A DNA stretch of 61,929 nt from Polyangiales bacterium (GCA_045106895.1 JBGCFM010000042.1:1-61929), one strand, 5' to 3'. Shown: positions 28,682 through 38,996, counted from the stretch's first letter. Notes: generated by a model from the letters alone, not told the origin. Program-made: numbers and translations.

Positions 28682-28781
28682 GTGATTCCAGGCCATAAAA
28701 ACAGGGGCGTTCATGCGTCGAAGAGCCTCGCCGTGAAGCACAGACACAACGCGTGAGCCGCGCGCCACACATGACGGAATG

Positions 28782-28812
28782 AAAAAAGCCCCGCGCAGCA
28801 AGCTGGCGGGAC
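28782..28812 (-). terminator. rpsD intrinsic terminator
   Basis: GC-rich hairpin followed by TTTTTT on the minus strand. Confidence 0.7.
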
Positions 28813-28848
28813 CTTTCGTATTCCCCCCCAAGGGAGGAGCCGAAGAGC

Positions 28849-29469
28849 TTAGAGGCTCTTCGAGTAGTATTCGATGACGAGGTTGAGCTCGACGGGGAAG
28901 GGACACGAAGCGCCCGTGGGCAGCTCAGCGATCTTCGTCGCCTTGGTCGTCTCGTCGAAGCGAAGCCACTCAGGGCGTGCGAGGGATGGCTTGGCCATCG
29001 TCTCGACGACGAGGGAGATCTCTTTGCTCTTGTCGCGAAGGGTGATCTCGTCGCCGACCTTGATGCGGAACGACGGGATGTCGACGCGCTTGCCGTTGAT
29101 GAGGATGTGACGATGACGCACGAGCTGACGCGCAGCCGGGATCGTCGGCGCGTATCCCGCACGGAAGATCGTGTTGTCGAGACGTCGCTCGAGAAGCTCA
29201 AGGAGCTTGTCTGGGGTGGGTGCCTTGTCGCGCTTGGCCTCGACAAAGACGCGCCGGAACTGACGCTCGGTCAGACCGTAGTTGAATCGAAGCTTCTGCT
29301 TCTCCATCAACTGCTTCTTGTAGTCGGACTCTTTACGTCGACGTGCGTTCTTGGGGCCATGGTCGCCGGGCGGGTAAGCGCGGTCCCACATGGTCTTGCG
29401 TGAAAGGCCGGGAAGGTCGATCCCGAGGGCTCGCATCTTCTTTACTCGCGGTCCTGTGTAACGCGACAT
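28849..29469 (-). CDS. rpsD: 30S ribosomal protein S4, stand-alone, no zinc-finger cysteines
   Basis: MSRYTGPRVK..R.LG, QLMEKQKLRFNYGLTERQF, LERRLDN, ARQLVRHRH, IEYYSK. Confidence 0.95.
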   Translation of the reverse strand: MSRYTGPRVKKMRALGIDLPGLSRKTMWDRAYPPGDHGPKNARRRKESDYKKQLMEKQKLRFNYGLTERQFRRVFVEAKRDKAPTPDKLLELLERRLDNTIFRAGYAPTIPAARQLVRHRHILINGKRVDIPSFRIKVGDEITLRDKSKEISLVVETMAKPSLARPEWLRFDETTKATKIAELPTGASCPFPVELNLVIEYYSKSL

Positions 29470-29843
29470 CTCGTCAAACTCCTGAAAATCCAAAACGCGC
29501 CGGGTCTCTCTTCCTGAGAAAACACCGACTTCTCCACGGAAAGACCCGTGGGGACCGGCGGTATGACCTACGATCCCGTGAGCGGTCAAGCGTCGATGGA
29601 CGCATTTCTCGGCGAAAATACGTAAAGGGCCCGGATCTCGGGTCTTTTCGGCAAATTCTCATGGGTCTTGGGATCGGTCGAGGCGAAAAAGGCGGCAACC
29701 GTCGCCGGGAATGACCCCAGCGCCGATGACGAGGCGGCCAAGATAGCGACAGAGATAGACGTCCGGACGCCGGATCTTTCAGGCTGGCCCCAACGAAGAA
29801 ATGTAGGTGTCGCCGGGCCCCTGGACCTCGAAACGAAGAGACT

Positions 29844-30602
29844 TCAGCGGACGAAGACGTCCGTCGCCAGGCAGCTCCAGGTCGCACCATCCACGTGGGA
29901 TGGGGGACACAGCTCGCCTGGACGTGTGGCGCGATCGGGCGGCGTGGGGGCGGACTCGAGAGCACGAACGCTCCCGTCGCTGGCCACGACGACCCAGCCC
30001 TCCGCCGTGGAGAGCGCGAGGCCAGCGTCGATCAAGAACGCATCGGGAGACTCCGACGGCTGAAGGTCGACGCGCCCGATGAGCTCGCCGTCGAGAGTGA
30101 TCACGCTGACGTTCATCGGGTCACGATCGGAGACCTCCCACACGACGCCTCGCACGTGAAGCGGAGGAAGCGGAGGCGCAATGGGTTCGCCCTGGCGGGC
30201 CGGTTGGACGCTCCAGAGGTGATGACCGTTTTCGACGTCGAAGGCGTGGAGCGCAGGGTTGCCACGCGCCTCGGTCACGCGAACCAAGGCGCGGCCGCTG
30301 CCGACGGCCAGCGCGATGGGCTCCTGGAGGCCAAAGAGAGCCTGAGACCAGCCCACGTCGCTGTCCGTATCCATGCCCACGATGTGGACGTAGCCGTGGT
30401 CTTCGTACCCGCGTTGGAGCGCGACGGCGTTTTCGGCGTTGATGCCTGCCACCGCCAGAATAGGCCCTTTGGGGTCCTTGCCCAGATGCCACAGCGTTAC
30501 GGCAGTGGTGACCCCTGTGATGAGGACTGCGGCGACGGCGAGGGCGACGATGCGCCCGTTGTAGCGCTTCGCCGTGGGACTGGTTCTCGCCGCGACGCTC
30601 AT
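29844..30602 (-). CDS. Membrane-anchored hypothetical protein with PQQ-like beta-propeller fragments
   Basis: N-terminal transmembrane helix; LHAFDVENGHHLWS repeat-like motif. Confidence 0.55.
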   Translation of the reverse strand: MSVAARTSPTAKRYNGRIVALAVAAVLITGVTTAVTLWHLGKDPKGPILAVAGINAENAVALQRGYEDHGYVHIVGMDTDSDVGWSQALFGLQEPIALAVGSGRALVRVTEARGNPALHAFDVENGHHLWSVQPARQGEPIAPPLPPLHVRGVVWEVSDRDPMNVSVITLDGELIGRVDLQPSESPDAFLIDAGLALSTAEGWVVVASDGSVRALESAPTPPDRATRPGELCPPSHVDGATWSCLATDVFVR

Positions 30603-30661
30603 GGCGGAGCTATAGGTCCGGTGCGTTCTTTGTCGAGCCGGCGCCACCGCCCTTTCGTCGG

Positions 30662-32875
30662 CTACTCCGGGCGCTGGGTCCCGACATAACCGAGGGCGCG
30701 AAGCTGCTCGTCGGTCTCCGCGTCGATCTCTGTGCGCTCCGCTTGGTGACGTGGTCGCGTGCGACCGGCGAGACGAAGACCCAGCATGGCGCGAAGGTAA
30801 CGAACCAGCAGCGGTCGGTCTTCGGCGATGTCTTCTTGTTCGTCTGGGTCGGCGACCAGATCGTAGATCATGATGCGGCGGTGCGTTCGCTGAATAAGCT
30901 TGTAGCGACCGACGACGACACTTCGCCATCCTTCCATGAAGCCGGACACGACCGGTGTGGGCGCGTCCGCGCTGCGGCCTTCGATGAGCGAGAGCAGAGA
31001 ACGCCCGGGAAGGTCCGCGGGGATCTCATGGCCGAGGGCTTCAAGGACCGTCGGCACAACGTCGACGAGTCCCACGGGCTCTTCTACGTCAACGCGCGCA
31101 TCCGTACGGCCGGGTACGCGGATCATCATCGGCACATGAAGAAGCTCTTCGAAGAGGCTGTGTCCATGCCCACAGGACTCGTGGTCGAAGAACTCTTCGC
31201 CGTGGTCCGCCGTAAAGACGACCATCGTGTTGTCGTCCAGACCGCGTCGTTCGAGACCTTCGAGGATCGAATTGAAGTGGACGTCGTGATAGGTGATCTC
31301 ACCGTCGTAGAGGGCCTCAAGGCGAACGCGGTCACGCGCCGTGGTGCGGAGGCTGCCGCTCTTGATCTTCTCCAGAAGCTCCCGGTCGCGACCGAAGTCG
31401 ATGGGTCCTTCGTAGGGGTCCGGATCGTAGAGCGCGAGCGTTGAGGGCGGCGGCATGTAGGGCACGTGGGGATCGATGGTGTGCACGTAGAGGAAGAAGG
31501 GCTTGTCTTCTTCGCGTCCGTCGAGCCACTCGAGAACATCAGCGGCGACGAAACGCGCCTGGGTACGGCGACCTTCGCGAATGTAGTTTCGAAAGCTGCC
31601 CCAGCCTTGCTCGAAGCCGAACTTGTCCGACACGTAGCCGTTGCAGATGAAGGCGCCGGTCTGAAAGCCCTCGTCGCCCAGACGCTCGGAGAGCATCGTC
31701 GCGGAGTTCGGCAGCACCGCTTCGCCGCTCGTCGCCGTGTGCTGCCAAGGAAGAAGTCCCGTGAGCAGCGTCGCGACGCTCGGCTTCGTCCAGTTCTCTT
31801 GGGTGTGACCTTGTTGGAAGACCGCGGTTCGTCTCGCCCAGGCGTCAAGGCCTGGCGTCTCGACGCGTGACTCGGGGTTGAAGGGCCTAAGTTTGTCCGC
31901 GCGCACCGTGTCGACAAGAAACACGATGACATTGGTCGGCGCCGCCGGGGCCTCGCGCTCAGGCGCAACATCGCCGCTCGGCGTCTCCACGCGGAGCCGG
32001 CTCAGCGTGAGCGCTTCTTCTGCGTGCACGCGAAGTTCACCAAAGCCTTCGGGGACCGCGAAGCGAACGCTTCCGCCTTGGCTGACGCCAAGCTCCCGCG
32101 TCTCTTCGCGGGTTTGCCACGTGACGCGCGCCCTGCCCTCGCTCTCAAGAGCGAGTTTCGCAGCGGGCCAGGCGTCGAAGGCCCAGGCCATCGAAAGGCC
32201 CGCGGGAAGCGTGACCTCCTCGCCGCGACGGGCGATGCGCGGAAAAAGGGCGGCCTCGTCCAGCGCCGCGTCGGGCGCGTCGAGGCGCATCCACTCCAGA
32301 GCGATGCCAGCGCGAGCGCCTTCGTCCCGGCCCACTTCGGAGACGCGCACCTGCAGCGTGTTCTCGCCGACGCGAAGAAGCTCGGCGGGCAGGGGCGCTT
32401 CGACGACGGCGAAACTGCCATCCCGTGGCAGGCGCGCATGCTTCACAGTTTCGCCGTTGACGTAGAGCGTGGCCCGGCCATCTCCAAAGGCACGCATACG
32501 TACGCGAAGCGTCTGCGCGGCGCTCGTATCCGAAGGCAAGAGCACCTCGCCGGTCACTCCCGGGATGAGCAACGCGCGCGTGTCTTCGAAGCGGTGGACA
32601 TCGCCGGTGCGCGTTCGCCAGCCGCCGAGGGTGTACATGGCGCCGGAGTCCGCGCCGAGATCGACCAGTGGCGAGGAGCCTTCGAAGACCCGCGCTCGTT
32701 CGGTATGGACGAGGAGGTCATAACGCGTCTCAAAGGCGCCGGCGGGCATCTCTTCTTCGCTCCGGGGAACGGTGCTTTCCGCTTCGCCTTCCTCTTCCGA
32801 AGCCCCTTCCGCAGCGGGAGTCGGAGAATCGCAATCGCACGCGCAGAGCGCGACGAGGAAACAGAGCCACCTCAT
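30662..32875 (-). CDS. Sulfatase-like (alkaline phosphatase superfamily) lipoprotein
   Basis: NVIVFLVDTVRAD, NWTKPSVATLLTG, DPHVPY, TADHGEEF, C-terminal LRALGYV; ATGA overlap with the LysR gene. Confidence 0.87.
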   Translation of the reverse strand: MRWLCFLVALCACDCDSPTPAAEGASEEEGEAESTVPRSEEEMPAGAFETRYDLLVHTERARVFEGSSPLVDLGADSGAMYTLGGWRTRTGDVHRFEDTRALLIPGVTGEVLLPSDTSAAQTLRVRMRAFGDGRATLYVNGETVKHARLPRDGSFAVVEAPLPAELLRVGENTLQVRVSEVGRDEGARAGIALEWMRLDAPDAALDEAALFPRIARRGEEVTLPAGLSMAWAFDAWPAAKLALESEGRARVTWQTREETRELGVSQGGSVRFAVPEGFGELRVHAEEALTLSRLRVETPSGDVAPEREAPAAPTNVIVFLVDTVRADKLRPFNPESRVETPGLDAWARRTAVFQQGHTQENWTKPSVATLLTGLLPWQHTATSGEAVLPNSATMLSERLGDEGFQTGAFICNGYVSDKFGFEQGWGSFRNYIREGRRTQARFVAADVLEWLDGREEDKPFFLYVHTIDPHVPYMPPPSTLALYDPDPYEGPIDFGRDRELLEKIKSGSLRTTARDRVRLEALYDGEITYHDVHFNSILEGLERRGLDDNTMVVFTADHGEEFFDHESCGHGHSLFEELLHVPMMIRVPGRTDARVDVEEPVGLVDVVPTVLEALGHEIPADLPGRSLLSLIEGRSADAPTPVVSGFMEGWRSVVVGRYKLIQRTHRRIMIYDLVADPDEQEDIAEDRPLLVRYLRAMLGLRLAGRTRPRHQAERTEIDAETDEQLRALGYVGTQRPE

Positions 32876-33777
32876 CGGCCGCGCCTCCATGGTGTGTCCG
32901 CAAGGCTCGCGACGAGGTAGTCACGAAAAGCTGCGGTCTTGGCGGGGAGCTGTCGCGCGCTCGGGTAGACCAGGTGCAGGTTCCCGCCCTGGATGTGGTG
33001 GGACGGCAGGACGCGGACGAGGCGACCATCGGCGATGGGCTGCATCGCGACGAAGGCTGGGAGCTTGACGATGCCGCCACCTGCGATGGCGGTCTGAGCG
33101 AGGAACGTGAAGTCGTCGGCGCCGATGCGCCCGTTCACCTCGACCTCGACCTCGGAGCGGCCCGTCGTGAGCGTCCAGGCTCGCGTTCGCCCCTTCGGCC
33201 GATGACCCAGGCATTCATGCTCCATGAGCTCCGAGACTTTGCGCGGGGTTCCGTGTTCCGCGAGATAGGCGGGCGACGCGGCGAGCCAGAAGTCCGACGT
33301 GCCGAGGCGCTTCGCGATGAGCGAAGAGTCCTCGAGATCCCCCGCGCGAATCGCGAGGTCAAAGCCTTCCTTGACCATGTCCACCAGACGACCCGTGAGC
33401 ATCACCCGGATTTCAAGGTCGGGGTGCATGTTGGCAAAACCCGCGACCACGGGAGCGAGGTACGCGTGCCCAAAGTCAACGGGGGCGGTCATGCAGAGCT
33501 TGCCACGGGGAGAGTCACGTCCTTCGGCGACATCCTGGGCCGCAAGCCGGAGCGCTGCGACGGCCGGGGCGACGCGGTCAAAGAACTGCTGACCTTCCGC
33601 CGTGGCTCGCATTCGGCGCGTCGTCCGGTGAAGCAGTCGCACCCCAAGCTGCTCCTCAAGGCGAGCGACCCGGCGTGAGACGGTGGACTTGGGGATGCCC
33701 AAAGACGCCGCCGCTTTGCTAAAGCCCTGGGTCTCAATGACGCGCACAAAGGTGGCGATTTCGTCGAGGTCAGCCAT
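32872..33777 (-). CDS. LysR-family transcriptional regulator (CrgA-like)
   Basis: N-terminal HTH FSKAA..LG.PKSTVSRRVARLEEQLGVRLLHRTTR, EGFDLAIR. Confidence 0.95.
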   Translation of the reverse strand: MADLDEIATFVRVIETQGFSKAAASLGIPKSTVSRRVARLEEQLGVRLLHRTTRRMRATAEGQQFFDRVAPAVAALRLAAQDVAEGRDSPRGKLCMTAPVDFGHAYLAPVVAGFANMHPDLEIRVMLTGRLVDMVKEGFDLAIRAGDLEDSSLIAKRLGTSDFWLAASPAYLAEHGTPRKVSELMEHECLGHRPKGRTRAWTLTTGRSEVEVEVNGRIGADDFTFLAQTAIAGGGIVKLPAFVAMQPIADGRLVRVLPSHHIQGGNLHLVYPSARQLPAKTAAFRDYLVASLADTPWRRGR

Positions 33778-33836
33778 GGGCGGACTATTTCACAGGTGGA
33801 ACGACGACTGCGCATCTTTCCGCTGCTGGGACCCGT

Positions 33837-34697
33837 TCAGCCGTCGTCGCTTTCACAGGGGTCGAGGTTGAATGCGGAGACGAGGAGCTCGTAGAGTTCT
33901 GGGTTCTTGCGACGAAGGGCGCGCGGCTTCTCGAAGAAGCACTCCGTCGCCACAGCGAAGGTCTCGGCGCGATCGGTGCCTGCATACGGGTCCAGGGCTG
34001 TGTCGCGACGCGAGCGCGCCCGCTCGAGCTCCCGGTCCATGACTTCGTTCCAACGTTCGAGATCTTTGGCGAACCCGGGCACACCGTCCGCAAAGCCATC
34101 ATCGAGGTCGAGAACGTGGGCCCACTCGTGGATCGACACATTGTACGCATCGTCATCGCGCCTCCATCCCTTCTGAAGAGCTCGCTTCGAGAAGATGATG
34201 GGGCCTTGATGATGAACCATGCCAGCGATGTTGTGGTCCGCGCCGATATCGTATTCGTGGCTAAAATGATCGGGGTAGAGCAGCACGCTCCGGGTCTTGG
34301 CGAATCGATAGTCAGGTCGTCCACGCACGAGCATGGCCGCCCCGGCGACGGCGAGGACTCGCGTGGGCTCATCGAATGTGACGCCCGGAACCGTCTCAAA
34401 GGTCAGGGTGTCGACGAGGTACTGAACCTGACGGAGGAAGCGCCCCCGCTCCGCCTCGTCCAGACCTCGAAAGAGCGAGATATGTGTTCGTAGGCACTCT
34501 TCGATGGCCGGACGAATAGGGTCCGTGAGCGCACGCGAGATGCGCTGGTAGCGGCGGATTCCAACCAACATGGTCAGCGAAAAGCCAATGGCGGCGACCA
34601 CCGCTGGCCACGCCTCGCCGCGCACGAGGCCGAGGGCCGCGAGGGCCCCAAAAACAACGACGGCTTTCACGGTCCAGGCAATGAGCGGGCCTAACAT
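33837..34697 (-). CDS. MtfA-like zinc-dependent peptidase with N-terminal transmembrane helices
   Basis: HEWAHVLD, GFADGVP, LDPYAGT..AETFAVATECFFEKP. Confidence 0.85.
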   Translation of the reverse strand: MLGPLIAWTVKAVVVFGALAALGLVRGEAWPAVVAAIGFSLTMLVGIRRYQRISRALTDPIRPAIEECLRTHISLFRGLDEAERGRFLRQVQYLVDTLTFETVPGVTFDEPTRVLAVAGAAMLVRGRPDYRFAKTRSVLLYPDHFSHEYDIGADHNIAGMVHHQGPIIFSKRALQKGWRRDDDAYNVSIHEWAHVLDLDDGFADGVPGFAKDLERWNEVMDRELERARSRRDTALDPYAGTDRAETFAVATECFFEKPRALRRKNPELYELLVSAFNLDPCESDDG

Positions 34698-34809
34698 CGC
34701 GCCAGCCTAGAGCACATCCGCCCCGAGCGCATGGGTGGAGGGCCGGGCAAGACACCCCTCGCCGCTCCGCCCCCCTCAAACTTGGGTACCGACGCCGTAC
34801 TCTCTCGGC

Positions 34810-35577
34810 ATGGATGAGCGCGAACGTGGAGAAGAGCTTCGGAGAGAAGCCGCGGCGTTGCGGTCCAAAGACCGAGACGCCGCCGGAGCTCTTTACCTAG
34901 AGGCACGAGAGCTGCTTCAGGACGCCGGCGCTGGCGAAAGCGCGGGCGCGTGCACGCTGGCGATGGCTCAGATGGCCGCCGAAGAGTTCGACCTGGAGAC
35001 AGCCCATCACCTAGGCCTGCTCGCCGCCGACGCCCTTGCGAGTGACCCTGACACCCAGCACAAAGCCTACATGCTGGCTGGACGCACCGCCCTCGCATCC
35101 GGCGCTGACGAACGCGCGCGGAGCTGCTTTCTCGCCGCGTCGGACGGCCCCCTCGCCTGGCAGGCGCTGGAGGCACTTGCCTCCATTGAGTTTGAGCGCG
35201 GCGATCTCACGGGTGCCGAAGAGTGCCTTCGTGAAGCCTGGTCGCGCTTGCCCGTGGAGGGACCCGCCGTCGCCGTCGCACTCCTGCGAGAGCGTTTCGG
35301 TGACCTCGCCTTCAAACGCGGCGACACCGTTGGCGCGCTCGTGGCCTATCAGAACGCCGTGTCGAGTCTGGAGCGCTGCCCCGCTGCGGAGAGCCAGCTG
35401 ATGCGAGCCCGGCTGATGACCGACATCGCGGACCTGCATTCATCCATGGGCGCCATTCGAGAGGCGATTCAGTCCTACGAAGCGGTGCGTGAGTACTACG
35501 CATCCGCCAACTTAGCGCGACGGGCCGAGCGCGTCGACGAACGTATCAACGCCCTCACCTGGCGTCGTAGCGGCTGA
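34810..35577 (+). CDS. TPR-like helical repeat protein
   Basis: Ala/Leu-rich repeats such as GDLTGAEECL and GDTVGALVAYQ. Confidence 0.65.
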   Translation: MDERERGEELRREAAALRSKDRDAAGALYLEARELLQDAGAGESAGACTLAMAQMAAEEFDLETAHHLGLLAADALASDPDTQHKAYMLAGRTALASGADERARSCFLAASDGPLAWQALEALASIEFERGDLTGAEECLREAWSRLPVEGPAVAVALLRERFGDLAFKRGDTVGALVAYQNAVSSLERCPAAESQLMRARLMTDIADLHSSMGAIREAIQSYEAVREYYASANLARRAERVDERINALTWRRSG

Positions 35578-35594
35578 ACGCTGTCAGATCGGCC

Positions 35595-37229
35595 TCAACG
35601 CAAAAGCGAAGGGTCGAAATGTGCGGGCGCTGCATAGCCGAGCAAATGCAAGGTCGTGGCCGCGAGCCGAGTCAGCGACGCGCCCGCCGTGTCGGCAAGC
35701 GCCAAGGGGTAGCCGGGCGCCCAGACCACACACGGGACCGGGTTGAGACTGTGACTTGTTCGCTTCGCGAACGCGCCGTTCTCGCGTTTGTATTCGCCGC
35801 TCTTTTTGTCGCGTTCGAACATCTGGTCCGCGTTCCCATGGTCAGCGGTGACGATGAGCGCCCCACGTAGCTCTTCGATGACGGGTAGAAGTCGCGCGAG
35901 CTGAAGGTCGACGACCTCAACGGCGACGACGGACGCGTCGAGTTCGCCGGTGTGACCTACCATGTCACCGTTGGCGTAATTGATGCGCAGCGCCTTCGCG
36001 CCCCCGCGCAGCGCCTCGATCGTCCGATCCGTGATCTGCGCGGCCTTCATCCACGGGCGCTGCTCGAAGCGCACATTGTCGCTAGGGATCTCCACGTACT
36101 CTTCGAGGGTGTCATCGAACTTGCCGCTTCTGTTCCCATTCCAGAAATACGTGACGTGGCCAAACTTCTGCGTCTCCGAGCACGCGAACTGACGAACGCC
36201 GGCTCGAGCCAGATACTCGCCGAGGGTCCGGTCGATTTCGGGCGGGTCGACGAGGTAACGCTTGGGCACGTGGAGATCGCCGTCGTATTCCATCATGCCG
36301 GCGAAGAGAACGTCCGGCCGAACGCCGCGATCGATCTCGCTCAGCGTGTCGTCATCGAAGGCCCGCGATACCTCGATGGCGCGGTCACCACGGAAGTTGA
36401 AGAACACGAGAGAGTCGCCGTCCTGGATTCGGCCTACGGGACCTTCGTCGTCCACGATGACAAAGGCCGGCATGAATTGGTCGCTGACGTCCAACTCCGT
36501 GTGGAAATGCTCCACGGCCTCCTTCGTCGTGCGGAAAGTGTGTTCCGCTTTGCCATGCACATGTGCGTCGTAGCCCCGCTGCACCATGGACCAGTCCGCC
36601 TCGTAGCGGTCCATCGTCGTCGTCATACGCCCACCGCCGCTCGCGATGCGGCAGTCGCCGCCGACCTCCGCCAGGACGGCCTCCAGTGCCTCCACGTACC
36701 CCGGCGCGCTACGTTGCGGAACATCACGTCCGTCGAGGAGCACATGCACCCGGATACGCTCCACCCCATTGTCTCGCAGTCGCCGGATCATCGCGAAGCA
36801 GTGGTCTTGGTGTGAGTGAACGTTCCCGTCCGAGAGGAGTCCCATCAGGTGAAACGTGCCGCCGTCTTTCGCCCGGGCGACGAGTTCTTTCCAAGCATCT
36901 CCGTCGAAGAGTTCGCCGGTCTCAACGGCGAGGTTCACGCGTTTTGCCCCTTGGTCGATGACGCGGCCGGCGCCGATGGCGTTGTGGCCCACTTCACTGT
37001 TTCCCATATCGGCGTCGCTCGGAAGACCGACGGCGGTGCCGTGGGCGATGAGCTGCGTCGAAAGGCTGCTGCCGCGCAAACGATCGAGGTTTGGGGTCCG
37101 TGCAAGGAAGACCGCGTCGCCTTCATCCTCACTCCCAAGGCCCACGCCGTCCATGACGATGAGCAGCACTGGGCCGTCCACACCCCCAAAAGTTGGATGT
37201 TTCGCAAGGGCTAGGGGTTCATCGCTCAT
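35595..37229 (-). CDS. gpmI: 2,3-bisphosphoglycerate-independent phosphoglycerate mutase
   Basis: MGNSEVGH, SDGNVHSH, DGRD, FNFRGDRA, SETQKFGHVT, DMVGHTG, TADHGN. Confidence 0.96.
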   Translation of the reverse strand: MSDEPLALAKHPTFGGVDGPVLLIVMDGVGLGSEDEGDAVFLARTPNLDRLRGSSLSTQLIAHGTAVGLPSDADMGNSEVGHNAIGAGRVIDQGAKRVNLAVETGELFDGDAWKELVARAKDGGTFHLMGLLSDGNVHSHQDHCFAMIRRLRDNGVERIRVHVLLDGRDVPQRSAPGYVEALEAVLAEVGGDCRIASGGGRMTTTMDRYEADWSMVQRGYDAHVHGKAEHTFRTTKEAVEHFHTELDVSDQFMPAFVIVDDEGPVGRIQDGDSLVFFNFRGDRAIEVSRAFDDDTLSEIDRGVRPDVLFAGMMEYDGDLHVPKRYLVDPPEIDRTLGEYLARAGVRQFACSETQKFGHVTYFWNGNRSGKFDDTLEEYVEIPSDNVRFEQRPWMKAAQITDRTIEALRGGAKALRINYANGDMVGHTGELDASVVAVEVVDLQLARLLPVIEELRGALIVTADHGNADQMFERDKKSGEYKRENGAFAKRTSHSLNPVPCVVWAPGYPLALADTAGASLTRLAATTLHLLGYAAPAHFDPSLLR

Positions 37230-37292
37230 GGCCGAGTCATAGCGACCCAGGTCGCTTCGGACAACGCCTCCCTTGAAACGGAGTCTCCGTCC

Positions 37293-37979
37293 TCAGCTGG
37301 AACGAAGCGCGCGTGTCGCGAGTTCAAGCATTCGCCCCGGAAGAGCGGGGCCGTACGCAGGGGTCTCGTCGAAGGTCTCTCGGCAGTAGTTCGCAAAACG
37401 AACCAAGCTCGAGAACTCCGGGCGAAGAAAGTCTGCGATGTCGTCGTCGGTGGGGTAGTCCAGCTTCTCCGCGCGCTCGATCCAGCCCCCGGGTCGCAGG
37501 AACTGAGCTCGGTATTCGCTGGAACCTGGCAAGATCATGTCGACGCGTGAGCGCTGGCGTCGCGCTTTCCGGCTCGTGCCATCCTCGATGGCTTGGGTAT
37601 ACTCCCGGAAACGTTGGAGACCCCCCGGCACGGTTTGCACGAGCTGAAGGTCAAAAACTGGCATGCCCTCATGAAACACAAAGTTCAGATGACGATAGAC
37701 GCTCTCCGGCCGCGCATGCAGCCCATGGCCCGCCCGCAGGTGGTCGAGACCGATCTCCATGAACACGATGGGAGTTCGCGTCAGAGGGTGACCGAGCGGC
37801 GCGCCGGCGTAGCGGGCGTCATCTCCTTCGTCCGGGAGAATAACGTAGGGCGCCATTTCGATCTGCCCGCAAAGGAGCTGCCAGGAAGTCGGGATATGCG
37901 GAATCAGCCCAGCGTCGACGAAAAAACGCAGACGTTGTGCGGGGTCGCGAGAGAGCCTGTCGCGCGAAAAAAGAGCCAT
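37293..37979 (-). CDS. Hypothetical protein
   Basis: Protein-like 3' part of track ORF 37293..38348, taken from ATG 37979. Confidence 0.65.
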   Translation of the reverse strand: MALFSRDRLSRDPAQRLRFFVDAGLIPHIPTSWQLLCGQIEMAPYVILPDEGDDARYAGAPLGHPLTRTPIVFMEIGLDHLRAGHGLHARPESVYRHLNFVFHEGMPVFDLQLVQTVPGGLQRFREYTQAIEDGTSRKARRQRSRVDMILPGSSEYRAQFLRPGGWIERAEKLDYPTDDDIADFLRPEFSSLVRFANYCRETFDETPAYGPALPGRMLELATRALRSS

Positions 37980-38945
37980 CTGCTGTCTCTTAGCACGCTC
38001 GCTCTCGCCGTGCTGTTCGTCGCGTGCGGCGACGACACCACGCCGGACGCGGCGCGGGACTCCGGCGACGACGTCGAGGAGCGACTGGACGCCGACGACG
38101 GCGAGGACTCCGGCGAAGACGCCGCGCTCGTCGACGCCGATGAAGCGGACGCACAAGACAGCGGCCCCTCCGCTTGCGACGAGGCCCTGCCCGTCCGTGG
38201 CGGCTCCATCGCGGAGCCGGACCTCGACGAGCTCAGTGGACTTGTCGCCAGCCGGACGCAGCCCGGCGTCTACTTCGCCATCAACGACTCCGGTGACCCC
38301 GACATCTTCGCCATGGACGAGACCGGGGCGGCGCTGGGACGCTACCACCTCGACGGCGCCCGGAACCGTGACTTCGAAGACATCACCATCGGCCCAGGGC
38401 CCGGCGGCGGTGACTACGTCTACGTCGGTGACGTCGGTGACAACCAGGCCAGGATTGGGGGCGACGCCCGGGACGAAGTTCAGGTGTATGCCGTTCCCGA
38501 GCCCATCGTTGGCGAATCATTCGCGACGCTTAGCGACGTTCTCACGTACCGCTACACCTATGAGACGCCCGTCGACGTGGAAGCGATCGCCATCGACACG
38601 GACGGCTCCCTCGTCGTCCTCACGAAGGAGAACGGCACCTCACGCTTGCTCAGAGCGCCACTCCAGGAAGGTCCGACTCAGATGGAGTTCGTGATGGAGC
38701 GCCCCTTCCCCCTCGTCACCGCCATGGATTTCACCAGCGCGGGTCTTCTCGTGCGCACGTACGGAGACATCTACCATTTCGCGAACCTCGGTGATGTCGC
38801 GACGTCTTACGCGAGCGAGTTTCGGCGTGGCCGCCCAGGCGCCGAATTCCAAGGAGAAGCCATCGCGTGGCGCGCCGACGGTAGTGGCCTAGTCACTGCG
38901 AGCGAGGGCGCTGCAGCCCCCGTCTTCGTTTATGAGTGCCCCTGA
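37935..38945 (+). CDS. Exported beta-propeller lipoprotein (phytase/esterase-like)
   Basis: FVAC lipobox, Asp-rich linker, ELSGLVAS...NDSG...DFEDI...GDVGDN...QGEAI...SEG; start uncertain. Confidence 0.7.
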   Translation: MCGVAREPVARKKSHLLSLSTLALAVLFVACGDDTTPDAARDSGDDVEERLDADDGEDSGEDAALVDADEADAQDSGPSACDEALPVRGGSIAEPDLDELSGLVASRTQPGVYFAINDSGDPDIFAMDETGAALGRYHLDGARNRDFEDITIGPGPGGGDYVYVGDVGDNQARIGGDARDEVQVYAVPEPIVGESFATLSDVLTYRYTYETPVDVEAIAIDTDGSLVVLTKENGTSRLLRAPLQEGPTQMEFVMERPFPLVTAMDFTSAGLLVRTYGDIYHFANLGDVATSYASEFRRGRPGAEFQGEAIAWRADGSGLVTASEGAAAPVFVYECP

Positions 38946-38996
38946 CGCGCCCAAAGAGGACACGTCGAACAAGGCCCGTTCTGCTATGATGCGGGC

